This document shows positions 23,400 to 26,381 of a stretch of 26,381 nucleotides of DNA, piece by piece. The DNA is taken from positions 1 to 26,381 of IMG/VR virus record IMGVR_UViG_3300032225_000825. One strand, written 5' to 3'. Source of the stretch: a virus (taxonomy: Duplodnaviria > Caudoviricetes). A program made the translations under genes and the position numbers. Under the pieces are notes generated by a model. It made no database searches. It saw nothing but the letters and a program-made list of their open reading frames with translations, and was not told the origin of the DNA. Every line of letters starts with the position of its first letter. Positions within the stretch are counted from its first letter, which is position 1.

Positions 23400-26381
23400 T
23401 CACCAGTAAACCAATACTGCGCCGCCACCGCCAGCTCCACCAGTACCACCAGAGCAAGCTCCTCCGCCTCCGCCGCCGCCAGAGCCACCAGCTCCACCAT
23501 TTCGGTTAGTAGCACCAGTACCCTGTCCTCCTGCTGCTCCTGCTCCAAGGTATCCAGTGCCTCCTGAACCACCAGCGTTTTTTCCAAGTGTAGATGTTGC
23601 CACGGTTGCAGAACCAGCAGTTCCAGCACCAAAATACCCAGCTCCACCTGCTCCACCTGTTGCTACACCAGTTGTTGTGCTATTGATTGCGGCAGCTCCA
23701 CCGCCCCCACCTACCTGCCCAGAACCACCAGTACCTCCAGTGGCTGAAAGTGTTGTTGATGTTGTCATTGCTGATCCACCACCTCCACCAGATACTGCAG
23801 TAGCAGGAGCTGCAGGAGCCACAGCAGCAGTACCTGCCGTTGACGTGCCACCAGCACCACCAACAGAATAGGCAAGCGTTGAGCCAGATGCACCAGTAAT
23901 AGAACCCGCGGTAACGGTACTACCCGAGCCTCCCGAGCCAGCACCGTTAGTTGAGGCTGTACCAACAGCAGATTGACCTCCAGCTGCCCCACCTTGAGCG
24001 TATAAGCCCGAATACGTTGTTGCACCGCCAGAACCTGCTGCAGTAGAGCCTGTAGCTCCTGTTCCACCAGTTCCGATAGAACACACGGTAGAAGCAGAAA
24101 CCCAGCCAGAAACAATAGCACCTGCACCTCCACCTCCACCAGTTTGATAGTTCACGTTTGTTCCATTACCCCCACCACCACCTGCGCCAATGACAACGGC
24201 AAAAACTACAGAGGGAGCACCAGTAGTGTCAACAGTTGTTCCTGAAGTAATGGTTTGGCGAAGTTGAGGTCGTGTAGCGGTATAAACGCTATTAGAAGTA
24301 GCTGCTTTAGTAGTGTCACCACTTGTGGGGGTATCGTTAAGTTGTACCGCACCCTTTACCGAAGTTGTTGCATCCGCAATAAAAAAGGAGGCTCCTGTAG
24401 GTCCTGACAAAGATAGCGGAGAGTTAGCAACTGTAATTCCCTTAGGACCCGTAGGACCTGTAGGACCTTGATCACCAAGCGCATAAAATTCAGCAACAAT
24501 TTCTTCACCATTAGTAAAGTACGCTCCAGCGCTACTCAGGTAAGTAACATTAAAACTATACCAGTCGGTAAACTCACCAATATTTAGACCACCACTATTT
24601 AGTGCAAACCATACCTGAGACGCATCAGAGTTGCTATTGCTGCGTAACCTTAAGTAACCTTTAACTGAAGAGGTTGATGACAACCAGGTAGCTAAATACG
24701 GAAATAGGTAAGTGTTGTACACGTCATAAGCACCAAACTGCACAATATTCATGGATGAAAATCCAGTTGCAGAATCGTTGTCTCTTACTTGACCACTCGG
24801 AACCTCTCCAGAACCTAAAGTACTGAATGTCATTTTTATTCCAGGACGGTCGCCTTGAGCACCTGTAGGCCCTGTGACTGTAGAAGCAGCGCCTGTGGGG
24901 CCAGTGGGTCCAGTAGGACCAGTTACAGTACTTGCCGCACCTGTTGGACCAGTGGGTCCTGTAACAGTACTCGCTGCCCCTGTAGGGCCCGTAGGGCCTG
25001 TCGGACCAGCTACTGTTGATGTGGCTCCTGTTGGGCCAGTAGGTCCCGTAACTGTGGAAGCAGCTCCTTGAGGACCAGTAGGCCCAGTTGGTCCTGTGAC
25101 TGTAGAAGCAGCGCCTGTGGGGCCAGTGGGTCCAGTAGGACCAGCTACAGTACTTGCCGCACCCTGTGGACCCGTAGGTCCCGTAGGACCAGTGACAGTA
25201 CTGGCAGCACCTGTGGGACCAGTCGGCCCAGTGTTACCCAGCACTCCCTGGATACCTTGAGCACCTGTTGGTCCCTGAGCACCTGTCGGCCCTGTAGCTC
25301 CTGCTAGTCCTGTGGCTCCTGTTGGGCCTGTTGGTCCCGTAACCGCAGATGCCGCTCCTGTTGCACCTGTAGGACCAGTTGGGCCAGTGACTGTTGAAGC
25401 TGCCCCTGTTGCACCTGTAGGACCCGTCGGACCAGTAACCGTTGACGCAGCACCAGTGGGACCTGTAGGACCTGTTACAGTGCTGGCCGCACCTGTAGCT
25501 CCAGTTGGGCCTTGAGATCCCGTAGCCCCAGTAGGGCCTGTCGGCCCTGTGGCTCCAACGGCACCCGTAGGTCCAGTAGGTCCCGTGACTGTTGAGGCTG
25601 CGCCAGTAGGTCCTGTGGGTCCTATAGGGCCTACATTTCCTACTGAAACAATAATAAAAAGAACAGAATGATTGTTCGGGAAGTTTGTTGTACCTATACC
25701 GCTAGAGGAAACAAGAGTTACAGGAAACTCGTCATAGGTAGCGTTGTAGGTCGGTGTACCCGACACTTCCCACTTCTGGTAGTTTGCAGCAACATTTTCG
25801 TCCTGAATAATGAGCACGTCATTTTGGTTAATCAAGTCAAGGAAAACAGAGTTGTCTTGATTATCCGCGTCTAGGTGGTTCACTCTTAGGGTGGTTGAAT
25901 TAATTTGAGTTGTGTTGTTCCAACCAAGTTGGTTTGCGGTAGGGTCGCCGCTTGTTGTGTTAGTTCTAGTGGCGTAGTGGTAGTGGGACGAACTATCCCC
26001 TGAGGCACCTTGTGGACCAGTAACACCTTGGGCTCCCGTGGGGCCCGTTGAGCCTACGGCACCAGTAGGTCCTGTGGGGCCTGTAACTCCTTGGATACCA
26101 GTTGACCCCTGAGCGCCTGTTGGTCCTGTTATTCCTTGAATTCCCTGCGCACCCGTTGGCCCAGTAACTCCTGGGATTCCTTGAGTACCCTGAGGTCCAG
26201 TGGGGCCTGTGACTGTAGAGGCTGCCCCTGTTGGGCCAGTAGGTCCCGTAGGTCCTGTAACTGTTGAGGCGGCTCCTGTAGGACCAGTTGGTCCTACAGC
26301 TCCTGTTGGGCCCGCTACTGTTGAAGCGGCTCCAGTGGGGCCCGTGACTCCCTGGTTTCCTTGGATACCTTGCGCACCCTG
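23400..26381 (-). CDS. Long collagen-like fibre with two globular inserts, a fibre repeat and a Gly-rich tip; 5' end beyond window
   Basis: The frame stays open upstream of the track start (25883) to the window edge ([14 protein letters not shown]). Contains GPT triplets, [12 protein letters not shown], and ends [10 protein letters not shown]. Confidence 0.9.
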   Translation of the reverse strand, partial: QGAQGIQGNQGVTGPTGAASTVAGPTGAVGPTGPTGAASTVTGPTGPTGPTGAASTVTGPTGPQGTQGIPGVTGPTGAQGIQGITGPTGAQGSTGIQGVTGPTGPTGAVGSTGPTGAQGVTGPQGASGDSSSHYHYATRTNTTSGDPTANQLGWNNTTQINSTTLRVNHLDADNQDNSVFLDLINQNDVLIIQDENVAANYQKWEVSGTPTYNATYDEFPVTLVSSSGIGTTNFPNNHSVLFIIVSVGNVGPIGPTGPTGAASTVTGPTGPTGAVGATGPTGPTGATGSQGPTGATGAASTVTGPTGPTGAASTVTGPTGPTGATGAASTVTGPTGPTGATGAASAVTGPTGPTGATGLAGATGPTGAQGPTGAQGIQGVLGNTGPTGPTGAASTVTGPTGPTGPQGAASTVAGPTGPTGPTGAASTVTGPTGPTGPQGAASTVTGPTGPTGATSTVAGPTGPTGPTGAASTVTGPTGPTGAASTVTGPTGPTGPTGAASTVTGPTGAQGDRPGIKMTFSTLGSGEVPSGQVRDNDSATGFSSMNIVQFGAYDVYNTYLFPYLATWLSSTSSVKGYLRLRSNSNSDASQVWFALNSGGLNIGEFTDWYSFNVTYLSSAGAYFTNGEEIVAEFYALGDQGPTGPTGPKGITVANSPLSLSGPTGASFFIADATTSVKGAVQLNDTPTSGDTTKAATSNSVYTATRPQLRQTITSGTTVDTTGAPSVVFAVVIGAGGGGGNGTNVNYQTGGGGGAGAIVSGWVSASTVCSIGTGGTGATGSTAAGSGGATTYSGLYAQGGAAGGQSAVGTASTNGAGSGGSGSTVTAGSITGASGSTLAYSVGGAGGTSTAGTAAVAPAAPATAVSGGGGGSAMTTSTTLSATGGTGGSGQVGGGGGAAAINSTTTGVATGGAGGAGYFGAGTAGSATVATSTLGKNAGGSGGTGYLGAGAAGGQGTGATNRNGGAGGSGGGGGGGACSGGTGGAGGGGAVLVYW
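24871..25163. repeat. 71-bp direct repeat (24871-24941 and 25093-25163, one mismatch) within the collagen-coding array
   Basis: cctgtgactgtagaagcagcgcctgtggggccagtgggtccagtaggaccag[t/c]tacagtacttgccgcacc occurs twice, 222 bp apart. Confidence 0.85.

Noticed and set aside
23396-23656. Track N-terminal extension of the delta-60 protein (start 23656)
   Set aside because: It overlaps the upstream Gly-rich gene in another frame. The ATG at 23395, just after that gene's stop, is more plausible.
21395-24225. Paralogous C-termini as a diversity-generating retroelement TR/VR pair
   Set aside because: Similarity is at protein level, both copies are coding, there is no adenine-specific mismatch pattern, and no reverse transcriptase is in the window.
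216-25874. All plus-strand ORFs in the track, and the short alternative-frame minus ORFs
   Set aside because: They overlap well-supported minus-strand genes and have no recognisable motifs. The Pro-rich ones are antisense shadows of Gly-rich coding sequence.
24855-26381. Repetitive DNA as a CRISPR array or non-coding satellite
   Set aside because: The repeats vary at third codon positions and encode Gly-X-Y collagen. There are no constant repeats with unique spacers.
1-26381. Bacterial eCIS/tailocin locus, or alternative genetic code
   Set aside because: No AAA+ ATPase, toxin or host genes are present and the context is phage-like. The standard code gives full-length, tightly packed genes using all three stop codons.

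Overview
A 26.4 kb piece of the virion-morphogenesis region of a contractile-tailed phage. All credible genes are on the minus strand, and the endolysin type and leaderless promoter suggest an actinobacterial host (inference). In transcription order (high to low coordinates) it contains: (1) a collagen-like fibre that begins beyond the window, a beta-propeller/Gly-rich adhesin, a small Cys4 protein and further fibre genes; (2) an inserted endolysin cassette; (3) a GT2-TPR glycosyltransferase and a neck-type protein; (4) a chain of ten translationally coupled small Lys-rich ORFs, four of them missing from the ORF track, then a free-standing HNH gene; (5) a T4/eCIS-like tail operon: terminator, sheath, tube, chaperone pair, tape measure with an M23 peptidase, tube initiator, gpX-like protein, hub, gp25 and a baseplate wedge that runs off the window. 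The most notable observations are an endolysin fused to a holin-like 2-TM domain with an internal ribosome-binding site, the basic-microprotein array, a candidate +1 frameshift (UUU CGA) in the tail chaperone, a recurring CAG-N20-TATNNT promoter motif, a structured leader before the tail operon, and a candidate fibre-glycosylation module. No capsid, portal, terminase, tRNA, CRISPR array or integrase is visible. All family assignments come from motif recognition by eye, not from database searches.
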